Origin: Gekko japonicus
Lineage: Eukaryota
Assembly (NCBI RefSeq): GCF_001447785.1
Contig: NW_015173134.1
Span: 795,608-859,607 of the forward strand
Direction of reading: 5' to 3'
Length of the DNA stretch: 64,000 nucleotides
Shown here one piece after another: positions 23,895 through 38,510 of this stretch (within the stretch, counting starts at the first letter, position 1; every line of letters begins with the position of its first letter). Under the pieces are notes generated by a model. That model was not told the DNA's origin. It saw only the letters and a program-made list of their open reading frames with translations, and ran no database searches. The position numbers and the translations under genes are program-made.

Positions 23895-25483
23895 TCTCTC
23901 CCAAAGATTTAACTCCCAAGTCTCAGGGCAGGATGCCAACCTCCTGGTATAACCATCAATCTCCAGCTACATTACACTCCAGTCTACAGAGATCAGTTCC
24001 CCTGGAGAAAATGGCTGCTTCGGAGGGTGGACTCTGTGGCATTAGACCCCATTGAGGTATTTCCCCACACCAAACCCCACCCTTCCCAGGCTCCGCCCCC
24101 CCAATCCCCCGGTATTTCCCAGCCCAGAGCTGGCAACCCTATTGCATCCAATCCAGAAAGCTTGCAGCCCCAGTGCAGGCCATTTCATACGTTCCCCAGC
24201 GGCGGACCTCTGCTCTCTGTCATCACTGAAAAGGTGAACCCAGGTCTGTAAGAGTTTGGCACATCCTTCATTCCCACCTGTGGAAATTAGGACGTGCTTC
24301 ACGGCATGGCTGCTGTTCCTGAGTACAAATGACCTTTCTGGTTTTGCAGCACAGGTTGTTGTGCACCAGAGGCTTGACTGTGGCCACACAACAGTGAGCA
24401 CCGCAGTGTTATCAGTGTTTCGTCATCCAGGCCTGATCCCTTTCACATCAAATAAGGCTTTCTAGATTGTTAAAATTGGACTGGTAGCATGACCTGTTCT
24501 GCCCAAATACACCGCACAATCCCTGACAGGCAAATCCTAAAACATATTTCCAGATGTGTCATCTGCCTATTCATTACAGCTGCTTTCAGGACTCCTTTTC
24601 TTCCATAGCTCCTTAAGATTTTATTTTGACATACTGTTGATATTCCAGAGAACGCGCATTTGACTTTGCTTTACCCAAAGCTTTGCAAGGCGTTCTCTTT
24701 CTCTGCTAGCCGGCTACCTTCAAGGTCGGCGCAATATGAATACCTTTTCCCCTGATCTCTCTGACTTCAACTTTTTTTTTAGTGCTAAAAGCTGCATTGC
24801 ACTTGCTGGGGTTTAGCTTTATTTTAGAATTCTATTTCCTTCCGTCACCTTTCTTCCCCGAAATTGATGGGGATTTAGGCAAGTGATCCATGTGTCTCAT
24901 TTCTGGTATGGATGAGCTGCCTCATTTTTATATCCTTTGGGGAAGATTTAGAGCATTGCTTAAAGTTTTAGACTAGCGTGCAGTGGGGGGAAAATATGGA
25001 AAGGCTTCTCAGTGGGCACTGTGGGCTTGTAATCATGTATGCCATCGAATTTACGCTTCCAAAGTCACACTTCTGGCCAATAACGGAGAAACAGGTTGTA
25101 ATACCACATTTATTTTATTGGAGGGGGGGGAGGTAAATGAAACAACCTCTTCCTTAAAACACATAAAAATGAGTGACAGCCAAAAGGGCCTGCACGGAAG
25201 AATACCCAGGAAGATAACATTTTCCAAGCAAATTTTCAGCGACTTGTAATTGGGAATCATTCAGGTCTGAATCCTTACAAGTGGAGGCAATGAATACCTT
25301 GTAGCCGGACTTCTGAGAAATGGCCCTTCCCTGCCTCCTCTTCTCCCAGCAGTCCCCTTTGCCCTTTGTAAAGCTCCTGTCAGAGGTTAGCAGATCTGAT
25401 TGGGCTGCTTGGGTGGCACAGTGAGGGTGGGACACAGGGCCTTGGCTCATTCTCAGACACTAGTGATACAGGAGACACACCTC

Positions 25484-25675
25484 AGGGGCTGTGGCTTGGC
25501 ATGCAGAAGGTCCCAGGTTCAACCCCTGACATCCCCAGCTGAGAGGCACAGGTGGTAGGGGATGGGGAAAGACCTCTGCTGAGATCCTGGAGAGCCACTG
25601 CCAACCTGAGTGGACAATAATGATTTTGATGGACCGAGGATCTGATTCAGTATAAGGCAGCTTCATGTGTTCTTT
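25484..25675 (+). mobile_element. tRNA-derived SINE with CR1-like tail (Squam2-like)
   Basis: gcatgcagaaggtcccaggttcaa head and ...gactcagtataaggcagcttc-type tail. Related copy at about 57358-57545. Confidence 0.7.
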
Positions 25676-26215
25676 GGAGGGCCCAAATCTCTTGAACAAA
25701 TGCTGAAAGGGGGGGGGGACCCGTGAGAACGATATCATGCTATGCTGCGTGGGGATCACCAGCCAAGATGCGGGAGCAGGACAAATCTGTCCTGTCAGTC
25801 TTGTGCAACTGGAATGAGGTTACTTCCTTAAGCAGCTGGCACTGCATGAAAACCCCCACCATTTGGGCATATGAGCTTCGGTGGGAATGGGGAAAACTAA
25901 ACCCAGCCTGGTATTCCTCCTTCCAAGCAACCGATCGATGCAATTGCTGGTATTCTGATCAGATGTATCCTAGTTGATGTTTGTGTGTGGATCTACCTGG
26001 ACCGGGGGGGGGGGCTTTCATTTCCTGAGGGATTTCATATTTGGGACATACTTGTCTCATCATGTCTATTCTTTCAAATCAGGGCCTCCCAACCTTCTGA
26101 GCCTGTGGGCACCTTTGGAACTCTGCCACAGGGCAGTGAGCACAATCACATAATGGCTGCCACAGGAGGCAGTGCCAACCACACAGTGTCAGAGAGAGAG
26201 AGAGAGAGGGGGGGG

Positions 26216-26484
26216 GAAGAAGTGATTGGATTTTTATACCCCGCCCTTCACTTGGAGTCTCAGAGCGGCTTACAAACTCCTTTCCCTTCCCCTCCCCACA
26301 ACAGACAGCCTGTGAGGTAGGCAGGGCTGAGAGAGCTCTGAGAGAACTGTCCTTGAGAGAACAGCTCTGACAGGACTATGGCTTGCCCAAGGTCATCCAG
26401 CAGCTGCAAGTGGAGGAGTGGGGAATCAAACCCGCTTCTCCCGGATTAGAGTCCACACACTTAACCACTATACCAAACTGGCGA
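26216..26484 (-). mobile_element. Squam3-like SINE
   Basis: Reverse complement of the family at 14372 and 61183. Confidence 0.82.
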
Positions 26485-27151
26485 GGTTATATATACTTCT
26501 AATAGTAACTCTCAAGGGTCATTTTGTAGAAAAAGAGGTGCAGGAGCTCATTAGCATAACTTATTTGCATATGCCATACTCCCTGACATCACCGGAAGTG
26601 TGTCAGAAGGCAACACCCACCGCTCAGGTGCCACTGGACTGTTTTGGATTGCTAGCTATTGGGGGGGGGGACATGCAGATCTGTCCTCACAGAGGAAGGA
26701 GAGCTTGTACCTGAATAAAACTTGGTCGTAAAGGTGCCACTGGACTGTTTTGGACCGGGGGAGGGGGCTCTGCAGCTTACCTGGCTGCTTCTTGCTCTGA
26801 CTGAGGGCTGCTGGGAGCAGGGGGCAGGGCTTGTTGCATGTGCCCGCCCCCTGGGCTCTTTACTGCTGGAGCTCCGCTCCTGTGCGCTCCTTCAGGAAAT
26901 GACCCCTGGAACTCTTCATTATTTCAGGCAGAAGCTCTGTTTAATCGGATGCCTTTTAATCTGCAGAACCAATCCCCACCAAGCCACGGCCACTTTCTAA
27001 GAGCACTTGGTGGGCATCAGGAAGGGCGTCAGTGGCCACCATGGTACCCGCGGGAGCCACGTCGGAGACCGCCATTTCAAATGCAGGGGCCATTGCTTCC
27101 AGAAGTGAATGATTGTGAACCTTCAGCTCCTATGTTTCCAGTACCCGTTAT

Positions 27152-28223
27152 TTTATTTCTTACATTCACTGTCAAGCGATTCATTATGCTAAAATGATTA
27201 TAATAATGTGCTATTATCAACCGTTTCAAAGAACATCAACCTTTAAAAATAAATCCAGAGACTACATTTTGTAAAGTGCTTTTTTTTATTATTAGGCATT
27301 GTCAACTGCTCAGTGAAGTGCTTTCATGCAAGCTCAGCTAATGGTAACTGGAGGGGGGGGGAATCAACACCACTATTCAGTACATAAAGTTAGGCATCAA
27401 CGCAGTGCTTCAAGTGACTTAAGAGTGTGCAAATTCTAAAACTGAAACAGTCCTTGGTTTGCTTTCGGATCGCTTTGGAACAACTGAGCAGATACATGCC
27501 AGCCATTAACTCCCCATTTCTGTGGACAATCACCACGATGGTCTTACTTACTACTGCACCATTCCACCAAAGTGTTTAGGGCAAAAGAGAATTGTCTCCC
27601 TCCCCTTTCCATTTCATCATTACAACAACCCTGTTGAGGTAGGTTAGGCTGAAAGAAAGCGATTGGCCCAAAGTTACCCAAGGAGATTCATGGCTGAGCA
27701 GGGATTTGAATTCGGGTCCCCCAGCCCTAGTCTGACATGCTCACTGCACTGGCTTACTCTTCAGGCTTTCACATTTACATGTTTACATACTTTGGATACA
27801 ATCCCACCCAATTTAAACACATTGAAGTCTTATTGCATTTTAAGCTTAAAATCGCTGCCACTGAAACATGGAGCTTTACAAACCTTTTCCTAGGACTAAG
27901 CTCCACTGAATACAATGGGTCCTTTCTGAATAGACCTTCTGGGGATGGGCTTTTCAAGGTTGCAGTCCTGTGCTTGTTTACTTCAGAATAAGCCTCAATG
28001 AACTCAGTGGGACTTTCTTCGGAGGAAACGTTAACTGGATCAGACTGCATAATGCTTAACTTTTACTGAGCCGTTCCCCTAATATTTGGTTACCAGGTCA
28101 TGTCATGTTCATTTTAGATATCAAAAAAGGGGAGGAGACACCACGCTTGGAAAAAAAGAAAAAGAAAGAACAAAGGGCCCTAATATGCAAAATGTTAGAT
28201 TCTGGTGCGTTTCATGGTTTATT
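27152..28223 (-). promoter_or_regulatory. Candidate XIRP2 polyadenylation signals (AATAAA on minus strand at 28218-28223, 27285-27290, 27152-27157)
   Basis: TTTATT on the plus strand in AT-rich unique sequence downstream of the stop codon. Sequence alone cannot show which is used. Confidence 0.4.
27600..27750 (-). mobile_element. Older MIR/Squam3-like SINE
   Basis: acaacaaccctg.tgaggtagg...gcccaa.gttaccca...gggatttgaa. Confidence 0.6.
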
Positions 28224-28974
28224 TCAAACCAAGAACTCCAACATGGGATCTCTTGTTTTAAAACTGAGAGAGAAAAAGCTACTATTATAAGCTAAAAAAA
28301 GCCAATGTACATATCATATCGCGGAGCAATTGCTCATGTACTTACAGTAATAACAATAGTTGAAAAAATATCTTTAGAAATATTTGTCTTCATTTTAGAG
28401 CACACCAGGTGCGTAATCTCCTAGTCTGTTTCAATAGCTAAAGCATCATTGTTGAAAAGCGCACTGGGAAGAGAATCATAATATAGCCTGCTGATTCAAT
28501 ACATGTGCACTTGTCACTTGAGGGCTCCAACAATAAGTGATAATTTGCATGTATGAATGAACCCATCAGAGACCTAGCACCCCAAAATATCACATCACCC
28601 AATGTCACTTCAAAACACATACTTTGCAACCCACACATTCAGCCATGAGATATTAAGCACTGAATAATCAGGGATATGTCCATAAATGTATCTCATATCC
28701 CTTAATAAACATAAAGAAAAGCAGAAATACAGGTTATTTGATTTCTGAAGAGATGAAACAACCCTCAGTCTTGAGGTATACAGGATTTCCACAATAACTT
28801 CCAGCAAATTCAGTACAAATTAAAATTCTGGTGTGTAACCTCTGGGTGTTAAATTCTTTTTAAAAATTCTAGTCAGATAATTGGATTTCAAAGGCATGTC
28901 CCACAAACCATAAACATTTTAACCACATTAATCCAAGTAAATTACACATTGAGCTTGGGCTGGTGGAATGGCAT

Positions 28975-30534
<1,560 letters not shown>

Positions 30535-30688
30535 TCAAAGAGAAAATGCTTTATGGCATCTATCTATCATAAATGCTCCAAAAATATTTTATTTTAGTTG
30601 ACATTTTAAGTAGCTATAAATAACAGCATCTATAAATGTAGTCTTGACTCATACCACTTCAGAAAAGAAAAAAATAATAATCTATCAC

Positions 30689-31633
30689 TAGCAATGGGAA
30701 CGAACCAGGAAAATGGGGTTCGGTTTGTGGTTCATGACATGACCTGTTCACGAACCACAGAGCATCACAAATTTTAGCCAGTTTGTGAGGTGGTAGAACA
30801 GCCCCTCCAGTATCTAGAGACACCAAACGCACACAGGATCTCTGGCTGACTCTCCTCTACCTTCCCTCCGAGTTTGGTGAGGATTGGATTTATGGGGTTT
30901 GAGTAAGAAGGTGCCCCCAGGAAAGTACTTTCTGGGGTCTGACCACCTGTCATTTCCCCAGAAAATACTTTCTTGGGGGGCACATTCAGGGGGGCATAAC
31001 TCAGGCCCCATAAATCCAATCCTCACCAAACGTGGTTGGCAGGTTGAGAAGAATCAGCTGGAGAGCCTCTGTGAGTTTGGTGTCTCTAGCTTGCACAGGA
31101 TCCATTCTATATACTCCTGAACCTCCTGAACTTGTGCCTGTCAAAATGACTTCTGTCAGGCAGTCATTTTGACAGGCACATGTTCAGGAGGTTGAGGAGT
31201 GTATAGAACAGATCCTGTGCAAGCTAGAGACACCAAACCTGGAGCATCCTGGAGAGGTCTGCTGCGAGTTTGCTGTCTCTAGCTTGCACATGATCCATTC
31301 TATATATTTTGTCAAAATGACCAAGGTCCAGGAGTGTATAGAATGGATCCTGTGCTAGCTAGAGACATCAAAATCGCAGGGGACCTCCCCCAGATGCTCC
31401 TGTACATGCCCTCCAAGCTGTTGCTTTGAAGTTCTGTAAACATTTTGATCAAGTGGAAACAGTCTATCTGGGAAAGTCTCTGCTCACAAACTGGCACAAA
31501 CCTCCAAGAATAGCTTGAAAGTGTGTTGAAAATTCATGCCGGGTGATCTGCCACAAACTTGACCTCATGAAGCATGAACCAGCCAAAATTTGTCACAAAA
31601 TTCAGTTTGTGAGCTGGTTCATGCCCATCCCTA
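30689..31633. mobile_element. Non-autonomous hAT-like element (TAGGGATGGGCA-type TIR) with three internal palindromes
   Basis: Ends tagcaatgggaacgaacc ... ggttcatgcccatcccta; 8-bp TSD TCTATCAC/TGTATCAC. Confidence 0.8.
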
Positions 31634-32835
31634 TGTATCACCCAGCAGAATAAATAATTTTCATTTTTAAGGCTTGGTTTATAACTTCACTCAGGGTCAG
31701 GTGTCATCTACAACTTTCTTGTGGGAGAAAAGTCCCAAATTAGATGGACTGGATTAGAGCTGTCAGACTCATTTGCTACGCATAAATGTAACTTGATTGG
31801 GCCACATGTACCATAAATCATCTAAATGCAAGGGACTAATTTTATTAGTACTAATTGATTAAATTACTATTAATATTAATTGGAATTAATTGGATAAGTG
31901 CCCTTAGTGGGGCAGCTGTGGCCCATGGGCCGCATCCCTAGATTAAATGTTTCCTATATGAAACAGGACAAGGTCAAAGAGGATTTTTCTCTCTCTTGGG
32001 CACTTTAAAGCAAAAAACAAAACAAAAGTTCTTAGAGGTTAAAGCTAGACTGGGTCACTATTGAGTGCAGTCCAGTCAAAGTTAAGCTCATTTAAATCAG
32101 GACAGGCTATCTAATTTTCTAACACTCTTATAGTAACTTGGAAAGGGTAGGCTGACCTATAATCTGGTACCTCGTATATCCTCCCCCCCCCCTCAGTGCA
32201 CATATACCTCCCCATCCCTCACACATTATTCTGGAATCGTGGAAAGCAGGTGCAGGTCCCACTTTTAAGTCTAGTTCTGGCACTTCCACATGAAGATTCA
32301 GATGCAGTTAATTTCTTGCTAAGCATAAGCAAGAAAGAAGAGTGCTCTAAGAAGCTATATTTCTACAAAGCTTCCTTTCCGTTTTAATATTCTTGTTGCT
32401 TATCAAGCTCAGTTCCAAAGGCACGAGACCACAGTTTAACTACGGGTAGTTTGTGAAACTAGGATTTGGTTTGCAGAAATCATTCAAATTCTGGTTTGCC
32501 TTGACAAACACTGATTTCATTGCCCCCACTCTTTCTTCCTCTCACCTGCAGAGTAGCTGGTCTGCGGTGTGGCAAGGTTAGCACCAAGGAATAAGCCAAT
32601 ATAAAGTTAGGTTGGACACATTCATATGTCACAAGTCACCATAATTAAGACTAACAGTGGTTAACAGACCAAGCCATAGTTTCAGATCCTGCTTTGATGT
32701 TAACTAAACACAGGTAGTAGAGTGGTCTGTGTTCAGATGATCACGTATGAACTATAGTTAGTTTAAAACCATAGTATCACATAACTTGGGAGCCAAGAAT
32801 CAATTTGACAATTGTCTGGAGGGAGGGAGATTTTA

Positions 32836-33065
32836 GAAGAAGAAGACTAGGTTTTTATACCCCACTTTTCTTTAAAGGAGCCCCAAAGTGGCCTTCCCTT
32901 CCTCTCCCCATAACAGGCACCTTGTGAAGTAAGTGGGGCTGAGAGAGTTCGGAGAGAACTTTGACTGGTCCAAGGTCATCCAGCAGGTTTCATGTGGAGC
33001 AGTGGGGGAATCAAACCTGGTTCTCCAGATTAGAGTCAGCCACTCATAACCACTGTAACCATGCT
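32836..33065 (-). mobile_element. Squam3-like SINE
   Basis: Same family, reverse orientation. Confidence 0.8.
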
Positions 33066-33531
33066 GTCTCTCTCTGCCTAGGGTCAAGGCTCCCCCCCCC
33101 ACCCCTACAGCACATTTTCTTCACTGTTCAGCTATAGGCACTTTTACTGTTCCCACAGATTACTGGGCATACTTAGTGCCCAAATAGACTTATTTTGCAA
33201 ACATCATACAAGGCAAAAAAGTTCTTTCAAGGGGGAAACCCCCCCATCATTTCTGCCTTTTAAAAAAACTCTAGCTATAAGATTTATATCACAACTTGCA
33301 TTAAAAACTAATCGTTTTTAAAATACACAGAACCAACTCCCCACCCCTCACTGGAGGGAGATGTCCAGACCAAACATAAGTGACCTGTTGAACTGGTCAG
33401 TTCCACAACAGAACCAAGCTGGAAAACCAGGTGTGTTGAGTTTTGATCTTCGAACACATCACTCACAGGAAAGTGGATGCCAGTTATGATACTATTTGCA
33501 TGTCAAAGCTTTAATTGTTCACTTCGTCTTA

Positions 33532-33666
<135 letters not shown>

Positions 33667-33970
33667 CTAGAAATAAATGAGACAGGGTCTCAGTGCCATA
33701 TGTTATTATTCATTTTATTTTTTTCCTCAGGCTGTGCACAGACTGTTTCATCACCACAATGCAAACTGAAATACTTGGCTCACAAACAATTAACACCTAA
33801 GCCTCCAGTTTATAGAGTCAAATGAGATCCATGCTGCAATGAAACCTACCCCTTGGACTAAAATCATATATTTACTTTGAAGATGCGAACCACAAATTAA
33901 TGTTCAGACAGGAAGAGAGGGGGAAAGAGGAACTGGAAGTGACTTGCATTTCCTTTGTGCTGGGGCCTCC

Positions 33971-34369
33971 CAGGGCTCTTTTTGTAGAAAAAGCCCAGCA
34001 GGAACTCATTAGCATAATAGGCCACACCCAACAGCAAAATCCATTAGCATATTAGGCCACACCCTGACAGCACTGCTCATTAGCACATTAGGCCACACCC
34101 CCATGTTACCAGAAGTGTGGTCATCCAGCCACACCCACCTTTCCCTTCTTATTCTGTTTACCTTGTTTGTTGTCAAAACGGTTCCAGGGCTTTTTTTGTA
34201 GCAGGAACTCCTTTGCATGTTAGGCCACACACCCCTAATGTAGCCAATCCTAATGAGTTTCTGCTATTGGGTGTGGCCTATTATGCTAATGAAGTTCCTG
34301 CTGGGCATGGCCAACTCAGGAGCCAGCCGGAACTTCGTTCCTGTGGTTTCCTGCCCAAAAATAGCCCTG
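33971..34369 (+). mobile_element. CAGGGCT-TIR hAT MITE
   Basis: Termini identical to 7238-7560; flanking repeat GGCCTCC. Confidence 0.85.
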
Positions 34370-34997
34370 GGCCTCCACCCTAATGTGTGAAGTGGAAGGT
34401 TGGAAACTTCTGTTGGAAAGGGGGACTATAAATAACATAAATTTTAAAAAATCTTTAGCTTCTACGCACATCTTTTAATAGGGGACAGGGTAGAGTGGTG
34501 CCTACGTTCCCCATTTCTTGCTACAACAGAACTACTCCAGCTTCCATTCTTTTACTACATTGGGATTTTTATACAGGCAGAAGAACGTACATTTTTGAAA
34601 AGGACTGAATCAGCAGTGTTGATCAATAATAGAGACTTTTTACATTATTTACTTTGGTGAATCAGATGTGCTTTTCACATGTTGATCCTTTGGGTGGATG
34701 ACTGGCTATTGTTCATCCCTAATATGCCAAGTCCATCATATCTCTCATTAATGCAGTCCACAGTTTATTAATATTTTGTCAATAACCAATCTACTTGACA
34801 CTGTATCAGGGGAGTCCAAAAGCTTACAGACTTTTTGAGTAGCTGTTGCCTCTCATGCTGTTACGATCCTGAAGACTCTATTTGTTTCGATTGCTTTTCC
34901 TCCCTTTCCCCAATTCTTCTTGTTCCTGTTTTACGTGCTCTTCCCTCCAGCCTATCAAGCTTTAAGGCTGGATCATGGAGGACAGCAAGTAATAACC

Positions 34998-35638
34998 TAG
35001 GGTTGCCAACCCCCCCGGTTTGCCCCACCCCCAACACCCACAGGCACCCATCTCTCTCCCTTTAAGTGTGTGGAACCCAGGGGTCTTGTTGTAGAAAAAG
35101 AGCTGCCGGAGCTCATTAACATAACTCATTAGCATAACTCATTTGCATATGCCACGCCCCCTGACATCACCGGAAGTGACAGAAGGCCACACCCCCTGAC
35201 ATCACCGGAAGTGTGTCAGAAGGCCCGGCTACTTACCCTCCTGCTTCATCCTCATTCCCAAACGGAATGAGGATCGAAGCAGAGGGCGGGGTAAAGAAGG
35301 GGCGGGGCTTCACCACGTGACCGCCCCGCCCCCTAGAGGTTCTCTTCCGGAGCTCCGTACCTGAGAGCTCCCCCCCGACTAGAGCCCTGGTGGAACCCGT
35401 GTTTCTTCCCAAGCCTGATCTCCGCAAGCTTTGTGCTCTTAAAAGGGAAACGCGGCTGCTCTTAAAGGGGAAACGCCGGCTCCTTTAAGTGCAGGGAACT
35501 GCTGTTTCTGGAGATCTGGCGCACGGGCGGGGCGCAGACGTCCCCAACATGATGTCATCACGTCAGGGATGCCTTGACCCCTCCAGGAACGCCCCCAAAG
35601 TCCCCCGCTGGGGGTGGAAGATGGACTTGGCAACCCTA
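34998..35638. mobile_element. TAGGGTTGCCAA hAT element containing a CAGGG-family fragment
   Basis: 12-bp TIRs; TSD TAATAACC/TCATAACC. Confidence 0.82.
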
Positions 35639-38291
35639 TCATAACCATTTGGGAGTTATGAAAAGTACCACTATTCAACAGGCCTTAGGCTTGTAATGCC
35701 CAATTCATATGTGTCTGATAGTGAATTACTTTCTGGACTTAACAGATGGTAGCCATGTTGGTATGCAGTAGAACAACTAGATTCCAGTTAACACCTTAGA
35801 GACCAAGAAGGGGGGGGGGTTATGAGAGTCAAAACTCCCTTCATCAGATATTAATGACAATATGGATATTGTCTTCTTGATGAGAAATTGTGCAATTGCT
35901 CCGATCTATGAAGCCAAGGAAGAAGTTAAGCGAGGGTGACTTCTGGAGTAATTCTTGGTCTGGATTTATGTCATGAATTTTGAAATGGTGCTATTGTCTA
36001 TTGACTTGTGGACTTTAATTTCGATTTCACTGGATGTGGATATGTTTTGTTAATTTTTGAGCCGCTTCATGTTGCAAAGAAGAGGGATGAGCATATCTAA
36101 ATAAATGAAGGGGAAAAAAGTGATGTACCCTAAGCCTAGTTGATGCCTTTTTTATATTAGTTAGTTGTTGAATTCCAGATAGCAGAAACACTTAGTTTAT
36201 ATGCTACTTCTGTTGCAGTTGCTGACTACAGGCCAAAAATTGCTTCTAAGAACCTTCTGTCTTTCGGCCTTATGGACTGGTGCCACTATATACTCTTTTC
36301 ATTTCCTATGTCTCTTGGTCACAGCATATCACAGGAGAGGGCCAAACAGTGAATCAGAAGAACTGCCCCGTCAGCTGAGAATTTGTGGTTTGCAGGGCAG
36401 GCACCATGGTGTGCCCTCTTTTCAAACAGGGGCTATGCGTACCTGCCCCACAAGCCATGAATTCGCTGCACCCACTCTTTTCAAGCAGGGGCCACCTGCT
36501 TCTGCCCTGAAAGTGGCAAACTGCAGGGCAGGCACGCGCGGCTCACATCCCCCCCCCCCAACAATTTAAAGGGAAGGTTCTGATCTCCTTAGTCTGGAGA
36601 GCAATTGTAATACCAGGAGATCTCCAGGCCCCGTGAGGAGGTTGGCAACCCCAGCAGAGTACCCTTCTCTTGGGGCTTCTCTAGGCACCTATCTTACCTT
36701 CTGTTTAGGCATCAGTTAAAAACATGTCTGTTTATCTAGGCTTTTGATTGAAATTTGATCCTGTCTTTTAGCAGTCTTATTTTGATGATGCTGGCCTGGA
36801 TTTCCTACCTCTTGATATTTTACAACTTGCCTTTGTACTCCTACTTTTTAAAAAAAATAATGCTGATGGTTTTATTGTCTTCTGGTTTTTGACAGGCAGA
36901 TGGTTTTACTGCTCCAAGACTGGTTTTACTGAACTGTTTACTGTTTTAATTTGCATGTTTTGCTTTCTTTCTTTTTGCTACCCTTCTTGAGCAAGTATTT
37001 AGAGAGGAGACAATCAAATGTTCTAAATTAATTAATTGAATAAACAGGAATGGCACGCAAACAGCATGTGGGCACGGCACTGCAGCTGGGTACCATTTCC
37101 TCTTCCTTCTGCAGCGTAGCTGATTTTTAATATTAAACTTAGCTTTTTGGTGTGTATTTGAGTTATTGTATTTCAAGCAGCATGGCAAAAAAAATAAGCA
37201 TACTGAAAGAAGGGAATTGAATAAGCAAGGGGGAAAAGAAGTTATTTTGGTTTTATACTTAAGTCTTGAGCAGAGGGTTTTGAAATCCAGGCATTCTCTT
37301 ATTACCTCTTTTGCTATACTCATAAACTTCCTTCCCGCTTTTTCCTAATACCTTCAAGGCCTGTAGTGTTTCCAGTCTCTCCTTGCAACATGTGAATGAA
37401 AACTTTGTTTGTAATGTAATAATAGGTCCCCCCCCCTTTTAGTCAGTTCTTGGCACAAACTATCATTTATCAGGTCATAGGATGGAATAATCATTTTTGA
37501 AACTATACACACCCCATAATTAGCCCCAGGTTTTATGGCAAATTTGCATCATGATATTCCAGCAGTGCAACCTTAAATAGTTACATGGAGGTCAATAAGC
37601 TCAGAAGAGTATAAATCTGCTTAGGATTGCACTGTTCATGTTCTTACTAAGGTCACCATCTGCTCAAAAGCTGCCCTGCCCAAGTCCCTTTGAAATGAAT
37701 AGGAGCTGCACAAGATGGCACTGAGGTGGACTCAACGAAGGATGAACAGAATGAGTTCATGGAACAGATCTCCCCATCTTCTCCCTTCCTGCTGCAGTCC
37801 CCTTGTGCCGCCTAAGCTACTCTGGGGAACCCCTGGGAACAAGAGTGGGATGAGGCACAGGGGAAGTATTTGGGAGTGATTTCCCCCCACCCAATTTCCC
37901 TCTTCTTGCCTCATCCCCCATGCACCCACCCCACAGTATTCCTAAAAGACCCTTCAGCTCCCCAGTAAGCAGCTTTTCAGGAGCACAAAGGAGGCTGTAG
38001 GAAGAAAGAAAGAAAGCACCATTCCATGAAATCATTCGGTTTGCAATTAATTGGGCCCAGCCCACCATGTCTTATATAGCACCTGAACCCAAAGGTCTGG
38101 ATGCAATTAAGTTATGTAAAAACACATCAACACTCAATTCCAAGCCGAAGGAAACAACAAACCACATTTTGTGAAGAGTTATGACTCAAATATAGCATTT
38201 ACCTTTGTCAGACAAAGCCACAGTATTAGTTAGTCACACGTTCGGCGCATATTAAGATGCATGGCTTTAGAAAAGAAAGGAGCAAAGGTTT

Positions 38292-38293
<2 letters not shown>

Positions 38294-38345
<52 letters not shown>
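38294..38345. repeat. (GA)n microsatellite, (CU)n on the XIRP2 pre-mRNA
   Basis: Direct observation. Confidence 0.98.
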
Positions 38346-38349
<4 letters not shown>

Positions 38350-38510
38350 GGGCAAAGCACAAGTGAAGGTAAGTTAGTTGCAGTTACATCATGTCACCCT
38401 CTTTCGATTATGTATTAGCTGTGCAAAAAAATTCTATTGCCGTTGTGTCAGACTGTTCAAAAGCTGTTAAAACAACACACCCTTTCTCCACACCGTGCAG
38501 GCTTATTTAC

